From Antedon mediterranea (lineage: Eukaryota; Animalia; Echinodermata): 64,000 bases of DNA. The position numbers and the translations under genes are program-made. Positions 34,301 to 49,300 of this stretch are shown here, one piece after another; within the stretch, counting starts at the first letter, position 1, and the number at the start of each line of letters is the position of its first letter. The notes under the pieces are model-generated. The model ran no database searches. It saw nothing but the letters and a program-made list of their open reading frames with translations, and was not told the origin of the DNA. The stretch is taken from positions 7,254,001 through 7,318,000 of the forward strand of contig NC_092674.1 of assembly GCF_964355755.1 (NCBI RefSeq). The letters run 5' to 3'.

Positions 34301-37300
34301 AAACTAATTTAATCCAAAAATATATGGACCATAATTTTTTTTTAAGCTTATTATTATCCTATTCAAATATAAATGTTTGTAATTTTAGCAGATTGAAACG
34401 ATTTTAGAATAATTACCGTAATACAATTTAAAATTCATTATCTTTTTCTCTGCATTCAATATTGTACCACACACATTGATACCACCTCCTGGAGGAATTA
34501 ATTTTGTAAATTGGGGTCGGGTTTACGCTTGAACCTCCAACTGTAAAAACTCGGAAGTACTGGAGAGAATGACAACCGCGATGATTAGGATAATTAATAA
34601 ATAACAAAAGGATGCAATTCATTTAACAATGTTGGAGAACCAATCACAGAAGATTTCTTTCCAATGATTTATTTGATACCAGCAATGCTATAATCAACAA
34701 TTTTTAAAGATATAAAAAAATGCACACATTAGAAAAATGCTATAGACCACAGTTATAGCAAGACCAACAAATGTTTGATCACAATCGCTCAAAATCAATT
34801 CAATATGGTTGATCAATAATATCCAATGATAATTGGTAGAAAATCAAGACAGTTCAAAAAATTGGAAGTTCCTTAATAGTTAATATGAAAACCAAACTGC
34901 AAGAAAATTGAACGAGAAAACAAATAAAATCTTCACAAATAAATACTGAACATTCTCTTCTTTCAAAAATAAACAGCGAAGCACGTTTCAATTCTCACTC
35001 TTTTCTGAATTTATCTCGTTTCTAAAAATTACTATCAAGCTGAAACTACAAATTTAAGAGAATCCAATGACTTTGTCCCTCTCTAAATGTGTGATGAAAG
35101 ATACGAGGTATTCCTTAACTATACTCTTTTGACAGCGACTGCTGTATGTTCTGCTGCATATCTGACTAGATGCAAATTAAACCCATAGGGATGTACGAGC
35201 TAATCAATTATGTTGCGAGCAACCGATTTCTGTGAGTGATCATTGGATATTCACAACAGTGGAAAATGTCGATTGTGCTCGAAGAATGTACTAAACTTTA
35301 ATTATGAATAATCTTAGAACAGTAATACAAGAATGAATGTATGATAACATATCTTGCATTAGTGTTGCATGCTGATTGAAGAGTATATCCTATTTTATGC
35401 CAAATACGATTATAAAATGCGTAGGTAGCAAAATGTGACGGCATCGTGAACAAAATTAGATAATGTTACAATGAGATCTTTACTAATGAGTGTAATAAAG
35501 ATGTAAATGATTCCATAAAACAACTTTATTACATTATTATTTATGTTTGATACGATGATTCTATAATTAGCATTCGGCCATTTTGTTTTATAAGGTGAAT
35601 ATATAAAATATAAAACATTGTACAACAATACAGAATAAATAGAATAAAACATGAAACACAAAATTTAACAAATAATGGGAAGTCCAGCTGCATAAATATC
35701 CCTAACCCATGTGCAACTATTTCAAATGAGGTTCTGCACAGTATAGGAAGATGATGATAATGATGTTGATGATGATAATGATGTTGATGATGATAATGAT
35801 GTTGACGATGATAATGATGTTGACGATGATATGATCAAAGCAACCAGTCTTAATTTCTTTTCTCCAGGCAAAACATTTATCTTTAAGGATTTGCGTATGG
35901 AAGGCCAACTATTACAGCTTACCACTGTATGCTATGATATTCTTGGTTATACAGTGTGTGCATGGAAAGGTCGACTAATAAGCAAATTTAAATATTGATC
36001 TGTAAAAACTCCATATTGCAAATAACCAATGAATGTATAGGTCAACACATCATATGCATACATAATTACACATAAGGTCTACATGATGTTACATACGATT
36101 TGATGAGCAAAAACAAAACAATTTTATTTTATTGTAACAGAAAGAAGTCATATGCAGTTATTTAGGGGATGAGATGAGTTTTAGAATAAATTATCAAATC
36201 TGTGCAGTGTTGTCAATTCAAAATTAAATAAAAGAATAATTTAACAGAATATGAAACTTACCATTTAATAATAATGTAAACTTCATACGTAACTGACTCA
36301 TTTCTGATCACCTGATCAACTAAAAGCCGCATTTGAATCAACAATCAAATTTATCAATGTTGAATTTTAACCCTGCATTATCGTTTAATTGTAAAAAAAA
36401 ACTTTTTTGCCACGTTGAGATAATAGACAAGGTATTGATTCCAAGTTACAAAATATGAAAAGCAAAATATATTGTTGAAACTGTTTATTCTTATACATTT
36501 ATCTTAAAATACAATCAGATATTCCTGCATTTAAAAGGTAAGCTGTCCTTTTAATAACACACCAAAAAGTAAAAGTTAAGTTCATCCAGAAATTGTCAAT
36601 GGAGCAAAATCTCTTCTCAGTGAATAATATCCAATTAATGATTCCATTCTAAAAATGTTGACAATACGAAAGCTGGAGTGAAAATAAAAAAGTTTTCTAC
36701 TTTTATAAGTTTATCTTAAAAATAAGATATTCCTACATTTAGGTAAATTCATCTTTTAAAATTACACACCAAAAAGTCAAATTTAAGAATAATAAAAACT
36801 TGATTTCACAAATCCGATATAACCATACAGATACTTCTTTCTCCTAGACAACTACAATCCCTTTGTTGAACACAGTGAAGATAGGTTATTTAGGACAACG
36901 TCTCCTTATGTGGTACCGGTAGTGTTACATGACAGGCATTCAATAAACTCCGTCGTCTGTTAGGATAGAACAAGGCTCTCACCAGTATCATCCCTACATG
37001 TAATGGACGATAGCAAGCAGGGTTAACACGCCGCCTTATTTTTGTTTTGACAATTTTGTTTTCATTCTCCGCATCCTAAGATCACATGTTAAACATACCC
37101 TGCTGAGGAGGTGCATCACTATGACAACATAACTATGTAAAAGGTGCATCATTGTATAGTAACATAACTTATGGATAACTTAAATTCTATTTATAGAAGA
37201 CATGACATAACATGATGGAAGTGACTTTGTGACAAACTAAGGTTAATCATATTCATGATTAATTAAAATCAATTAAAATATGATTACAATTTTGAAGGAA

Positions 37301-40300
37301 GTTGATTTCTTTTGTAAATGTAATATGAGGTAATTAAATTCCTTAGAAATTTTTTGCTGGGTTTAGAATTAGCCTGTTGTTTGCTATAATATAATTTTTG
37401 TTTTGTTGACATGTTTTGTTGACATCTTTAGTTGACATGTTTTGTTTTGTTGACATGTTTTGTTGACATGTTTTTTTGACATGTTTTGTTGACATGTTTT
37501 GTTGACATGTTTTGTCGATATGTTTTGTTGACATGTTTTATTGACATAGGTTTGGTTAAGCACATCTTTTGATGACATTTTTTAAACTTTTGCTTTACCT
37601 CGACAGCCCCGTTCAACTTTTTTGTTTCTGATTGTCGAAAGATTGAAAAAAAAATAAATAAATAAAATACAGTCTTTTTGAAATTCATAAATATTATGTT
37701 TCTACTTCAGATGACAACCATAATCAAATAAAGAAAATAGGCCTAGATAGTGTATACTCTAAATGTGATGTGCCCATATATAGACATGATGATGTCATAT
37801 CAATACAATATTTGGGCATATCACTACTGTACCATATTTGGGCACATCACACTTAGATTGATAGTGTAAACAGAGCTTTTTCTTCTTACACTATAACAAA
37901 TACTATTTTCAAAACTCAACCTGTCAACAAAATGCTAATTTCACTCGACCTATTAAGTAAAATGTGAAGGAATTTTGGTCATATGTTTAATGAAATATAT
38001 CAATATTTTTTTTACACATAATTTATTATTTTAATGATATGAACTAAAGGAAATACAAATATTAGGTGTATTTTGTGGTGATTTTCCTCTTAAAAAAAGT
38101 GAAACGAGGTGTAGCTCACGTAGGCAATTTGGCATAAAGCCCCCAATATATTTAATTTCAAAAGATGTAAAGAAAAGCATTTATATGAAGTATGACACTT
38201 GTACAACCTCACGGTTTAAGGAGGTCAAAGGCCATACATATGATATTTTCATAATAAATAAATCAACAGAAATTAAATATTACAAAGAACTATTGAATGT
38301 TGAAATAATTTTTTTTTGCCAATTTCTTTTTTTTAAATTCAAGAACTGTACAGATAAATAATAATATTGTAATGTTTCCTTATAAAAATTTACTTTAAAT
38401 AATTTCCGGTAAATAAGAGAAAAGATACCCGGAAGAAACGTAAAGATAAATAATAATATTGTAATGTTTCCTTATAAAAATTTACTTTAAATAATTTCCG
38501 GTAAATAAGAGAAAAGATACCCGGAAGAAACGTAATCTTCTTTGAAATGTCAACTCGATAATTTACAAGAAACCTAATCTCCTAAAGACTTTTTGAAAAA
38601 TATTTAAAAAACAGATGCTTATATTACATTTTTAGAAACAGAATTGCTTTTGTATTTTCTATATAAGGCTGATTATATTCTTTACCTTCCCATAAACATC
38701 TAAAACTGATATCATCTTCAGTGCAACAGAGCCCTCTATAGTTTCAACAACAAACAAATTATGGAAATGTGACCTGCTTTCTCCTTATACGCAAGGAAAT
38801 CTTGCCGATAGCAACGATCAATCGCATTATGTAACTTAATATGAATTAACAACGATATAACAACTGACGGTCAAGGAATTCAATAAAGCTGGACACTCTA
38901 TACTGGACATCTGACCAACGGCTTAATATCTACATCTGTTTTAAGCTTATGCCAACAATGTTTCTGCTAGTAATTGGGTTTGAAATCAATAATAATAATA
39001 ATAAGCTTTCAAGCAATTACATTTTGACACTGGTAACCATGGGATGGAAAATTACAAAGATCTGAATCTTAAATTTATTATAAAGAAGTGGCAGGATACA
39101 GGATTTATAAGGATACAGAATTGACCAAAAAATTGTAATCAATGACTCTTTTGCAATGTAATTTTCAAAAATTTAGGCTACCCCACCGCGACCCCTCCAC
39201 CTTTTAAATGTGTGGAAATAAGGGAAGACCAACAAAAAATAATGAATGGGAAAAAAAAATGAAAACAGCTTGATTAGTGAGATCTTTATGAAACACCATT
39301 TATAAAAGTATTAAACATAACCTCAATACATAAGAAGCTTGTACATTGCTTTGTCTTATAAAGCAACAATGTGATCAGAGTATGACATTTCAGCTTCATA
39401 CTGTAGGCATAAGTCTATCTTTCCAAAAATCCACAATCTCCAAATGTAGGAATGTATTTTGGATGAAACTCAAGAATTATCCCACAATGCAATTCTCACC
39501 TTTTAAATCAATCTTAAACAATTTCCGTTGAAACCAGGTGCACCATGGGATAAACCCATCTGCATGCTTTTACCAACTTCCTTTCATATAGGAATGTAAA
39601 AGGAATTATGGATGAAACTCAAGAATTACTCCACAATGCAATTCTCACCTTTTAAATCAACCTTAAAACAATCTCCTTTGAACAGAAACCAGTACAGGTG
39701 CACCATGGGATAGAACCATCTGCATGTTTCACCAACTTCCTTTCATTCAGGAATGTAAAAAGAATTGTGGATGAAACTCAAGAATTATCCCAAAATGCAA
39801 CCTTAAACAAACAGAAGCCGGTACATGGGATAGAACCATCTGCATCATGCATGTTTTCACTAACGACCTTTTATGTTGGAATGAAAAGGGTATTGTGGAT
39901 GAAACTCAAGAATGATCCCACAATGCAATTCTCACCTTTTAAATGAACGTTCTTCTTTGTTGACAGTTTCTTTTTGCCAGTAAGACTAGATACAACATTT
40001 CCACAGTCCTTCTTTACTTGAGCTGTTAAAGAAACACATACATCAGTTTATGAGTTATCATTTCATTTAATTTTTTTGATCGTGGCTAGACATTTATGAC
40101 AATTTAAAATTTGAAGCAACATTCCGAAAATATTAATTTACAGTTCAAATTTGAAACGAATATTTGATTTGTGAACATTTTTCTGAGACTTTTTAAAGTG
40201 TAATTAAAATTCCTGATACATTGTATGTTTCTGTACATGAATTTTATTTTTTTTTTCAACATTTCCTTAGGCATACAGCCAAGGACTGTCAAAGGTGAAA

Positions 40301-43300
40301 AGTCACTGTCCTCTGGAAAGGTGACAAACCGCTTCACACGACAAACACAATATATTACAAAGTCCTGAAAAAAGTCTTTGGAGTTGAGTTAAACATGTCA
40401 TGAAAAGAAATCCTCTCATCTGATAGGATTTGAACCGAGCATCCAAATCACCAAGATACAACTCACTCACAACAGAAAAAACAGATTGTACTGAAAAGTA
40501 CTATGAGAATTTATAAAAAATATGCTATGTTCTTATTAGTAAATAAAATAATTTTTTAATGTAATAAAGAGATATCTATAAATTGAATTCTGTCCAAAAA
40601 ATTATTATCAAACAATAGCATTAATATATTACATTTAATATTTGACAGAAATGAAAAGTTTAGCGATGTCGGAATGATTTTGGCGACATTAAAATCCCAG
40701 GAGATTGTTTTTTTTTATTGAGACTCATTAGTGTGGATAAATTTAGATACAAAATAAAAGATTTCTGTCAATTAATGATGATATAAAAGGCCTTGGCAAA
40801 TTGCTTTTCAGTTGCAAGGAAATCATTTTGAGGACTTTTTTGCCGCAATTCAAGTATCGGCGGTAAACAGTAACTATATTTCCAACTAACTCAAGACAGG
40901 AGGAAGTGGATGAGTTCAGTTCAAAGGTTAAATATATTCAAAGTCAGTTGGTCTATTAATATATAACATATTAAGTATAAAACTGTGTACAATGATAAAT
41001 ATTAAGTGAAATATTATGGATTAAAGAAATTTCCTTGTATTGTTAGTAAGAACTCAAACTTGAAATAAAGTTTTTTAATACAGTAGTTGCCTCTATAAAA
41101 AGTTTTAAAAATGGTCATTCATTTGTCTACATACTTCTAGAATTCAGTAGAAGGGGGCCTGAAGAGGGGTTGCCCAAAGTGTTAAAACAAACTTTGCCCC
41201 TTGTTTGTTCCTATTCATTACGAGGGTTAGGTTAATACTCAAAATCTTTTTACCCACACACACACACAATGTAAATCTCCCGGTCAAAAATAAAAAGGAA
41301 AAGTGTCCCCAGAATAGGGGTATCCCAAAAAATCTTAAAAAGACATAATTATAAAATGTCCATCTTACCAATATCCGGTTGTTCATCACTGTCCCCTCCC
41401 TTACTTCTTGTCCTTGTCGGATGGCTAGAGACCTTGCTCAGAGGCACTTTTGAGGTACCGGCACTGGGTTTCACTAAACGACTCTTTGGTAAAGTGGATA
41501 CCTTCTTTTTATTGCCTTCTTCCTTAAAACCTATTAAATAAAGCAACAGTTTTAGTATAATAATACATACACTTTGTAGTAAAATACAGTAGTATATAAA
41601 TGTCACAGCAAAACTTGAAAAATGCCACATTTTTTTGGTGACATTTATGGACCAGTAAATGTTTGAATTTAATTACCATCGATTAAACTATTGCCTACAG
41701 TAATATCTGTTTTACTTTTTAAAAATATTTGAATAATAGCCACAGTGTTAAGCTAAACAGCGAGTTATATGAATTAAAATATAAGTCATATTTCAATAAA
41801 TTATTAGATGAATGATAAGATTTTAAATATCATATAAGGACCATTTCTATCTGGGACAATGGTTTTGTCTTTCACATATTTCAAATATTACTAAAATTAA
41901 AGTAAAGTTGAAGATATGAATGTAGTATAAGAGAACCCCTTCAGAACCTAAGTTTCCCCTTAATATTAATGGTCACTGTGTTAACTGAATAGGGGGCCCT
42001 CAATAGGGGGAGTTTCTACTGAATAGTGATGTCCCCTAAATAGATGTGTCCTAAAACTAAGTGCTACTGTTTTGTAATAATTGTTGTATAACTGAATGTT
42101 TTGAGTAAAATGTATATATCTTATATTATCGAAGTGTAATACAATATATTGCCAGCTCATAATACATACAAATGTAAAGATATACATTATAGTAGAATAA
42201 CTAGTATGTTGATGTTACTGCACATTGATTGGTATTCGATATATATAAAGCTTTGTCTACACTATCAAACTAGTTTGACAAAAAAGTGTGATGTGCCCAA
42301 ATATGGTAGTGATATGCCCAAATATGGTAGTGATATGCCCAAACGTGGTAGTGATATGACATCATGTCATTATTTTTTACTACCTTTATTTCTCTTTAAT
42401 TATAAACTTTGTACTGTATTATTTATATATTATGAAGGACATAAATAGTATTATTATGAAATGAAATATGGGCACATCACATTTTTTTGTCACATAAAGT
42501 TTGATAGTGTAGACAGAGCTTTAAACAAAATCAGAATGATGTCACTACTAATGGATGATAACTGAATGCCTACTTATAGTACTATTATTAGTTATTATAA
42601 AAAGTGACATAATAACCATAATTAATACAGCAAAATAAAGAGGAAAACAAACAAAACAGAACAGTTTGTTAATTAAAAACTGAAACAAATGATTGAAACA
42701 ATATTAATATGGAGTATCAGAAACTTAAATTCAACTATTTTTACTACGTTGAAAAGAACACAGCAAAAAACCACAATTCAACAGAATAGTGTGAATTAAA
42801 ATATAAGTAAACGTATACAATCATTTTAATACTACATTTTGAACAAAATAGCAATGGTGAAGTAACGAGTTCTGTGATAATCAACCATGGAGGTGTCAAC
42901 TATGATAATTGTCGGAACGTACGACAAAGAAGAAAGAATTGTATGAATAAAAATCAAACAGAAACATGTTTAAAACAATACAAAATGAAACAGCAAAACT
43001 AATATCTAACCATTTGCTACGTTGTGGAATTACACAGCAACGGTAAAAACAAAACGCAGGAGAATGAATGATTAAATTCATTCAATTTCTTTATTAACAC
43101 ACATGAATAGAAAACCTGAAAAACTTAATTTTAAATATTTATACCATTTTTTATTGAATGAACACTTTTAATGAAGGTTCGCATATTGATAACACACCCA
43201 AAAATCATGACAAAGCAGAGAAAATGAACAATATAATACAACAAAATGATATTTTAATAATCATACCATTCTTTAAGAGTGCTCCTGATGTAAAGAAAAG

Positions 43301-46300
43301 AATTTTCATAATTATATTATTTCATTGCCATTTATTTGTTGTAGTTCATGAATATAGGTTTACGAGTTTGATGGTGACACAATAAATGTTAAAATATTGA
43401 AAATAAAACCATTTTATGTATTGTACTATGAAGTTCAAGTATGACAAATTTTAATAAATTTCTTTATGGAAACCCGAGTACTTTAGGATGATTGTATAGT
43501 TTTTGTCAAATGTTAAAAAGGTTTTTGAAGAAATCTCAATGACAAAAAGCTAAAATGTATTAATCTGCATTCTCATCGCGCCCGGATTCAGTCCGGTGCC
43601 TATAGAAAAATATTGCAAGCGTTAAGCGTGCTTTCACATTGAGTATGAATTAAGTCAAGCAAGGTCATTCTTGCTCACTGGACGAATGAAAAAAATACAA
43701 TTTCAGCAAAATTGATCCATCAGCCCGAATTCGCAGTTAGAATCAGATACGGATTCAAATTTTACAAATTTGGTGGGAACGATTCTATTCTTTACCACTG
43801 AACCCATTTTCCACAATATTTTTTTCAGGGCACTGGACCAAATACAGGCGCAATGTGAAAGCAGCTTTATGCCAATTGTTTAGAAGTCCGCAACCCGGTT
43901 TAAGTGCAAAATTTTATTTAAGGATTTAATCTGTGAATGGATTAAAAGACAACATTATACAATAATCTCTTCCCTGATTATAATGTCATGAGGTAATTTC
44001 CCGATTGATCGTAATCAAAACGGTACTGGGTTTGGTCTACTAGCGTTCCTGCTCCCAACCAGTACATCCATTCATAGAAGCCTTAATGAAGTAAGCCTAC
44101 CTGGTGGTGGCCATAGAACGGTCCCGAGATAACGACTATACTTCGGCTTTAGTCGATAGAAGATTGAATAAATTGTTAGAGATAGAGTATACGATGTTAT
44201 GATTATGTGTAGATATGTGATTTGTTCTTTTTATTCAAATGATGTTATGTATTTAATAAATTTGTTATATCAATTAATTAAATTATCGTAGATTGCATAT
44301 TATGCGATGAATATTATTTAATAAATTTTTGATATATTATTATTATTATATTAATAAAAAAGATAAAAAAGATATTTGTTAGTATAAATTAAAAAATATA
44401 GATATAAGGAAGAAAAGCAAAGAGATTATGGAGCGGCTGTACCAGAATATACAACACTAAGTATTGTAAAGTTAATATATTAAAAATTTAGGCGATCTTG
44501 TCAAAGGTCAAGCGCCTTCAGCCTGCCACGTTTCGATATTCAATATTGAACTTGACCTGACGTGGTTCCACAATATCTTTATATGAAAATGGTAGAGTGG
44601 ATAAAAACATAAATTAATTTAAATTTAAAATGTTTACCTTAAACTGGTTTTGAACTGAATCGGTTGATGTCTTATCGTTGTATGTATGATTTGGTTTGGT
44701 TTAAATTATGTTCGATAAAAGTGTGTATGCGTATAGAATGAAATGCTCGCGTTACGATGTACGCTTGTAATGCTGTTTATATCGCATAATAGATAAAGGA
44801 TGAAAATATAGAAGGTATGATGGTAGAAAAATAAAAAACAGTTTAGGATGTAGAAATAGGAAAAGTTTGTTAGTGCAAAAGTGTAGATTTTGAATGCGAG
44901 AAATGACTAGAAGGTACATTCCTGCTAGAGTCCTATGTCGGCACCATTGAAAGATGTGTTGAAGTTATTAAATTTATCTTTAAGTGTAATAACCATTTCA
45001 AGACAAAATGACATCCAATTTTGTAGTTAAAATTTTATGGCAAGAATAGAGGATGAAAAGCAGCCAACAGCATAATATATTTAAAGCTCAACAAACATGA
45101 AAACATTCAGAAGATTATTAGCCCGGAATATTTTCGCAAAACGCTACACAAAACACCCTTATTGCTACACATTTCTAAAATTGTGTAGCAAAAAATACAA
45201 TATAAAACTATGTTTCTCGACTATCAGTTTGATAATAGCAATATTGCTTAACAAAATTTTAATTTTAATGAAATTGTTCCCTGTTAGCATAATACATCTT
45301 ACAAACTACCTAAATAATACTATAATACCATTATGAATTTAATATTTATTGAAGGCCAATTTCTAAAAAAATTATGATTAATTTTATAATAATCATCTAG
45401 GGACAATTTAAAAATTCCAAAAACACATGTTTAAAAAATTATTCTTGTCTATATATTTGCAAATTACCAAGAATTTTAGTCATATTTCTTAATGGAAAGT
45501 GTTGCATTTGAATAATAATCTAAAACTATAAATGAAACAGCTGGTTCGTTTGATATCAAATTCTAGACAAGATTTCATTTCATTTCAGATTATTACTTAA
45601 AACTTTAAGTGTCTTTAGACAGGAAACTGCAAATCTTATATAGCAGTTCGATAATATATAACAGCAGAATGGATACCGTATTTGAGACCCAACACAATGA
45701 ATGAATATTGCAGTTAAAAAGATGCCAATTTAATGGGAAAGAGAGAAAAAAAAGCAAGTCAACCATTCATATAACCACAAAGTCATATATTCCAGCTCAT
45801 CGTAACTGAAACTCCCGAATAAACCAAAGAGCAGTTGACTAGATGCTAAACAGACAACTAAAGCTGATTTTCATTATGCGTATCGTTTGCGCGAATGGAA
45901 AGCATCAGCTTGTTGTACACATGAGTATTCATGTTTCTATTTTCCAAATCTGTCTCTGCAACGAATCCTAGTTCCTTGAGTTTTTCGATTCAGCAAAATA
46001 GGTAGTTCAAATTGTTTCTACTTTTTGCGAATCAAAACATTGCGTAACCAATCACAGCTCAGGAATAAGTTATGCCACGTTCATGTTTACTCATGTAAAT
46101 CTAAAAATACTCAGCATACACGTGATGAACATGAAAATTGCAGCTATTCATTCTTTGTAGTGGAAAGGGTAGCATTTTCTTTGAAAAACATTGGATTCGC
46201 GCGAACAAATTTGACCTAGTGGAAAATCAGCTTATGGGTCCCCATGTGTCAAGCTGCCACAAAACGGCGCCAATTTGCCTATCCACGACGAGAGGGGTAT

Positions 46301-49300
46301 GATAACAATTATTAAGATTGATACTAAATTAACATGATTTGATGATTGCAATAACCAGTATAATATTTATATTATAATTTAAATGCTGACAATAATAATA
46401 CCACAATAAAGCAATAATACAGATATTGACATGATGTAACATATGGACTATTTATGACTACTATACCAGCATTCTAAATATAAACAGAAACCAGATGAAT
46501 ATAAACAAAACGTGTTTTCTGAGAACTTTATATTAATAACAAATAAACGAAAAAATTAATTTCCAAACAGAGAATATTTCAAAAAATTAATTCAACAAAA
46601 CGATTCACTGCATATTTATATATATTAAAAAACCAGTTTTAATAAAAAACAGCAAACGATGATCAAACAAAGGCTGGTTCACATAAGAACACAACAAAAA
46701 GATGTACAGCAAATATAACGTTATCAAACCAATGAGCTGTGACTACATCCTTGTGTTGCGTCCAGTGTGAATCAAGCTTAAGTGTACAGATGTGTGTTCA
46801 CACTTGTGTAAACATTGCACGTTAGTAAGAATTTGCACATACAGATTTTGATGTAAAATGTACCAATGTGTATAAGAAACATAGTTGCATAGGTGCAAAT
46901 AGTGTATACATACAGTGCTCATTCAAAATATAACACAGAGTGCACATAATATTTAAAACACTGTAGTATGCATATTGTAATTTCTAAATGCCACAAGTGT
47001 ACACGGATGCTTTTTACAACTGCATATTATTTGAATGTACTGAAGTGCATATATTATGTATATTAAAGCGGGTTCCCACTTGGATGCACGCAAGGACGTA
47101 AGCAAGTACTGCAAGTATTTTCACCAATCACAATGCTATAGATCATCCAAACTGTCGCTTGTGATTGGTCAACTCACTTGTGTTGTGCCTACATCATTGC
47201 GATGCATCCAAGTGGGAACCAGGCTTAACCCTACAATATATACTGCAATAAACTCAACCTAATTTGGATAAGTTTGAGTGCTGTGATACACAAAATATTA
47301 AAACAAAGTTGTAGAGGATGTGTGGTGATGAAGAGAAGAAGTGCTTTTAAGTTCAAAGTTGAAAACATGATTTATTCTTCAACAAGAATTTTCTGTATAA
47401 TATAAATGTCTCATTCAGTTCCTGAGATCTATTATACATATAGTTGAAACTGGCATTGAATATCTTAAGCAATACATATTGTATGTAAACATGCAATAGA
47501 TATGTTATAGTGATCATGTGCACACTCAAGTATATACAGATTTGTTGACCCAGTCTCACTTACTTTTATTCGCTGATTGTAGAATTGCTCTCCTTTTTAA
47601 TGGTTTAGCTGTAAATTTATGCAACATTATTTAAGAGAAATTCTAGGCACTACAATGTTATTAATAAACACAACATTTATTAAAATACTATACTTAGATG
47701 ATTAAGGCCCACCAAACTATAGCAAAACATTCTACCTTGTTTGAGGTGCCATCAATACAGGTTTATGAAAACTATTTTTCAATTTGTATATCGGAGTGGG
47801 ATTATACATCATTACAGAACCCCATTAAGGAGACATCTTCGGGAACCAACGAAGTGTCTTTTAAATAGGGGTTTGTCGTTGTGTTATACATCTATTACTG
47901 TACCCCTTGTTTGTTTCATGTGTTCCCCTTAATAGGAGTGTCCTGTAGTGTTAACAAATATATTACCCCTTGATTTTTTCTTAGTAGGGATGTTCCCTAA
48001 ACAAGCTTGTGGGGCCAAAGGAGGGGTTTTACTGTACGTCGACTGTTCATTATCAACTTTAAAAAAAAATTCAAGTATACAAAATAAGTACAATAAATAA
48101 ATTATTTGAAAAATAGATTTACCTTCAGGGCTGCCGCTTCTTGAACTCTGTCGAGAACTCTCGGTTGTTGTGATCATAGCCCCAGACCGGAATGATGTTT
48201 CGGAAGTTGCACTTGTTGAACTGGTGCGACGTTCACGCATAGATTCTGAACGCTTCACAGCTTTAGGCTTCTTGGTAAAACCCCTGGAGCTAGTGTCTAC
48301 AAATAAGATTGTCAATGGGGGGGTCAAATAGGTATTTAAAATACTATCGTAAATAATCCCATATTTGTATTAATATTATATTGGTTTAAGGACATTGAAA
48401 TAAAATAAAATTCCTATTAAGGAGATACCTTCAGGAGCTTTATTTAATTTAGAAGTGTCCATTGAATAGGAGTGTCTATTGAATAGGTGTGTCCCAAAGG
48501 AGGGCTTCTGCTAATAGTCTTCTTAAAGGTGTGTGGATCTTATGCATTATAATACCACATGCACGGTGTAATAGTACCCAGTATTCCCAGGAATAGCATA
48601 GAAACCCAAGCTTAACTTTCTCAAAGTTTACTTTAATGCCTTTTACGTAGCTTAGCTATATCTACTCGGCCTTTTAGCTTTTTTTAAACTACATCTCTGG
48701 AAGCCAATGATACATTTCCCACCACTCTATACTGTATCACTAACTTATTTATATCTCTTAAACTATCACTGAAAAACGATACTTGCGGATAAAAAAGAAC
48801 GTCAACAATTTTACTGCACATCTAAATCATGCAAAATATAGAAAAAAACAAAAGATGGTGAAATCATGCAATTATTGCATAAGAAGAAATAGTAAACAAA
48901 AATGGATTTTTTACAACCACAAAAAAACAAACAATTTTCTGGTAGAATTTAAATAATTTTCAATATTTTTAGAAAAGATATAATTATAAAAAATAATTGG
49001 TATAAACAGAATTAGCTGAATGGAAAAATATGTTTAACTAACTGTCAAATTGTGCAAAAATTTAAGATAGCAAATCATAATATAAAAGCTCAACAAGGAA
49101 AATGAAAGTTTAAAGAATTTTGGGTGCAAATAGCAAAGTTTCATTATTTTTCGGTGTTTACCTGTTGAGCTGGCCCGACTGCTTGGACGTTGGGTTGATC
49201 CACTTGTATCGGATTTCAAACTCCTAGTAGAGGAGGAAAGACTACCTCTTGTCTCAAGGTCACGGAGGACCGACTCTACTAATGTCTGGGGGCGCTTACC

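Noticed and set aside
35717-37688. Repetitive ORFs over the 18-bp and 13-bp minisatellites
   Set aside because: Simple repeats with no splice or homology support.
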